Source of the DNA: Promethearchaeota archaeon
GTDB lineage: Archaea > Asgardarchaeota > Lokiarchaeia > Sigyniarchaeales > SOKP01
DNA length: 15,540 nucleotides
Assembly (NCBI GenBank): GCA_019894975.1
Contig: JAGXNO010000064.1
Location: 1-15,540, forward strand
Direction: 5' to 3'
Shown: positions 14,493 to 15,540 of the stretch, in pieces
Layout: every line of letters starts with the position of its first letter
Position numbering within the stretch: the first letter of the stretch is position 1
Notes under the pieces: model-generated
Told to the model about the DNA's origin: nothing
Databases searched by the model: none
What the model saw: the letters and a program-made list of their open reading frames with translations, nothing else
Translations under genes and position numbers: made by a program

Positions 14493-15540
14493 TTGAGAGC
14501 ATTACATTTAAAATTAGAAAAAATAGCTGAAATTTCACAAAAGAAATCAGCGGATCCAAATTTTAAACCAAACGTATATGATATGGTAACTCTGGAGGAA
14601 ATTCCTGAAGTTGAATTAATCAATGAAAACTGGGTAAAAATCAAAGTCAAAATAGGAGGAATATGTGGCTCCGATTTACATATATTAACTCTAAATGCAT
14701 CAAATTCACTGTTTAATTTCACTTCATTTCCTACCGTCATGGGACATGAAATTGTGGGAGAGGTCATAGAAAAAGGAAATAATATAAACGAAGTCTCAAA
14801 TGGAGATAGGGTAATAATAGAACCATTACTTCCCTGTGAAGTACGAGAAATTGAGCCGTGTGACGCTTGTAAAAAAGGTAAATATAATTTATGTTCAAAT
14901 TTAGATAAGGGGATCATTTCTCCAGGCTTGTTATTAGGTTTATGTAAGGATTTGGGTGGTGGTTGGGGAGAATTTGTTGTTAGTCATAAATCCCGAGTTT
15001 TCAAATTACCAGATTCTATATCTTTTGAAGAGGCTTTGATCATCGAACCATTATCTTGCTCGATTCACGCAGTTCTTAAACAAGTCCCGAGAGATGACGA
15101 AACGTGTGTAGTAGTTGGATGTGGGACTATTGGTTTAACAACAATTCTTGCATTAAAAGCGTTTACCAATAGTAAGATAATCGCTATTGCCAAATATCCC
15201 TATCAATCTGAGGTTGCAGAAAAACTTGGAGCTGATACTGTATTATTAGCTAAAAAGGATATTCATATTAAGAAGATAGGGAGAGAACTTGGTTGTAAAA
15301 TATTATCTCCTCCAGGAGAGGATGCAATGTTAGTTGGAGGAGGTGCAGATGTGGTAATAGATTCAGTAGGGAATGCTTCATCCCTATCAAATAGTCTAAG
15401 AATAGTAAATCATGATGGAACTGTTATATTATTAGGTGCTCCTGCGAATATGGAGATTGATTGGACACCTTTGCTTTATAAAGAAGCAAAAATTATTCCT
15501 TCTTGGACTTATGGCTATGATGAAGTAAATAGCTTCAAGC
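14493..15540 (+). CDS. Zinc-dependent medium-chain dehydrogenase/reductase (MDR, threonine/sorbitol dehydrogenase-like), truncated by the window edge
   Basis: Not in the ORF track because there is no stop in the window. TTG start follows GGTGA (14484-14488). Translation includes MRALHLK...GGICGSDLH...VMGHEIVGEV...PCEVREIEPCDACKKGKYNLC...EPLSCSIHAV...VVGCGTIG...ADVVIDSVG. Confidence 0.93.
   Translation, partial: MRALHLKLEKIAEISQKKSADPNFKPNVYDMVTLEEIPEVELINENWVKIKVKIGGICGSDLHILTLNASNSLFNFTSFPTVMGHEIVGEVIEKGNNINEVSNGDRVIIEPLLPCEVREIEPCDACKKGKYNLCSNLDKGIISPGLLLGLCKDLGGGWGEFVVSHKSRVFKLPDSISFEEALIIEPLSCSIHAVLKQVPRDDETCVVVGCGTIGLTTILALKAFTNSKIIAIAKYPYQSEVAEKLGADTVLLAKKDIHIKKIGRELGCKILSPPGEDAMLVGGGADVVIDSVGNASSLSNSLRIVNHDGTVILLGAPANMEIDWTPLLYKEAKIIPSWTYGYDEVNSFK

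Noticed and set aside
14477-14917. 146-aa minus-strand ORF
   Set aside because: Antisense shadow of the plus-strand MDR dehydrogenase, which carries the family motifs.
1-15540. CRISPR array, tRNA/rRNA, IS elements, selenocysteine readthrough
   Set aside because: No regular repeat-spacer array, structured GC-rich RNA or transposase was seen. TGA stops fall at plausible protein ends. This was assessed by eye only.

Overview
AT-rich, gene-dense archaeal-type window with BRE/TATA-like promoters, GGTGA/GGAG Shine-Dalgarno motifs and oligo-T terminators. The gene content suggests Asgard archaea, most likely Lokiarchaeia (inference, no database search). I call 17 CDS. Three are absent from the supplied ORF track: a partial Ca2+/cation (CaCA) antiporter at the left edge, a 52-aa ribbon-helix-helix (RHH) protein, and a partial Zn-dependent MDR dehydrogenase at the right edge. 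Routine genes are a GNAT, a VOC/glyoxalase, a C45 Ntn-hydrolase, an EamA transporter, an M29 aminopeptidase and the MDR. The most interesting part is about 3.1-9.8 kb. It holds three stand-alone 7TM proteins with no output domain, a Ras/Rab-fold protein with all G-motifs degenerate, a C2-like protein that probably starts at an ATT codon, a TFS-like Zn ribbon, an HhH+Zn-ribbon protein and a CaCA exchanger with atypical acidic ion-site motifs. This may be a membrane/Ca2+ signalling neighbourhood, but co-function is unproven. Also notable are the RHH gene preceded by four helically phased TCCA boxes and an 839-aa permease-like protein fused to an apparently inactive CPBP protease domain. No rRNA, tRNA, CRISPR array or mobile element was recognised.
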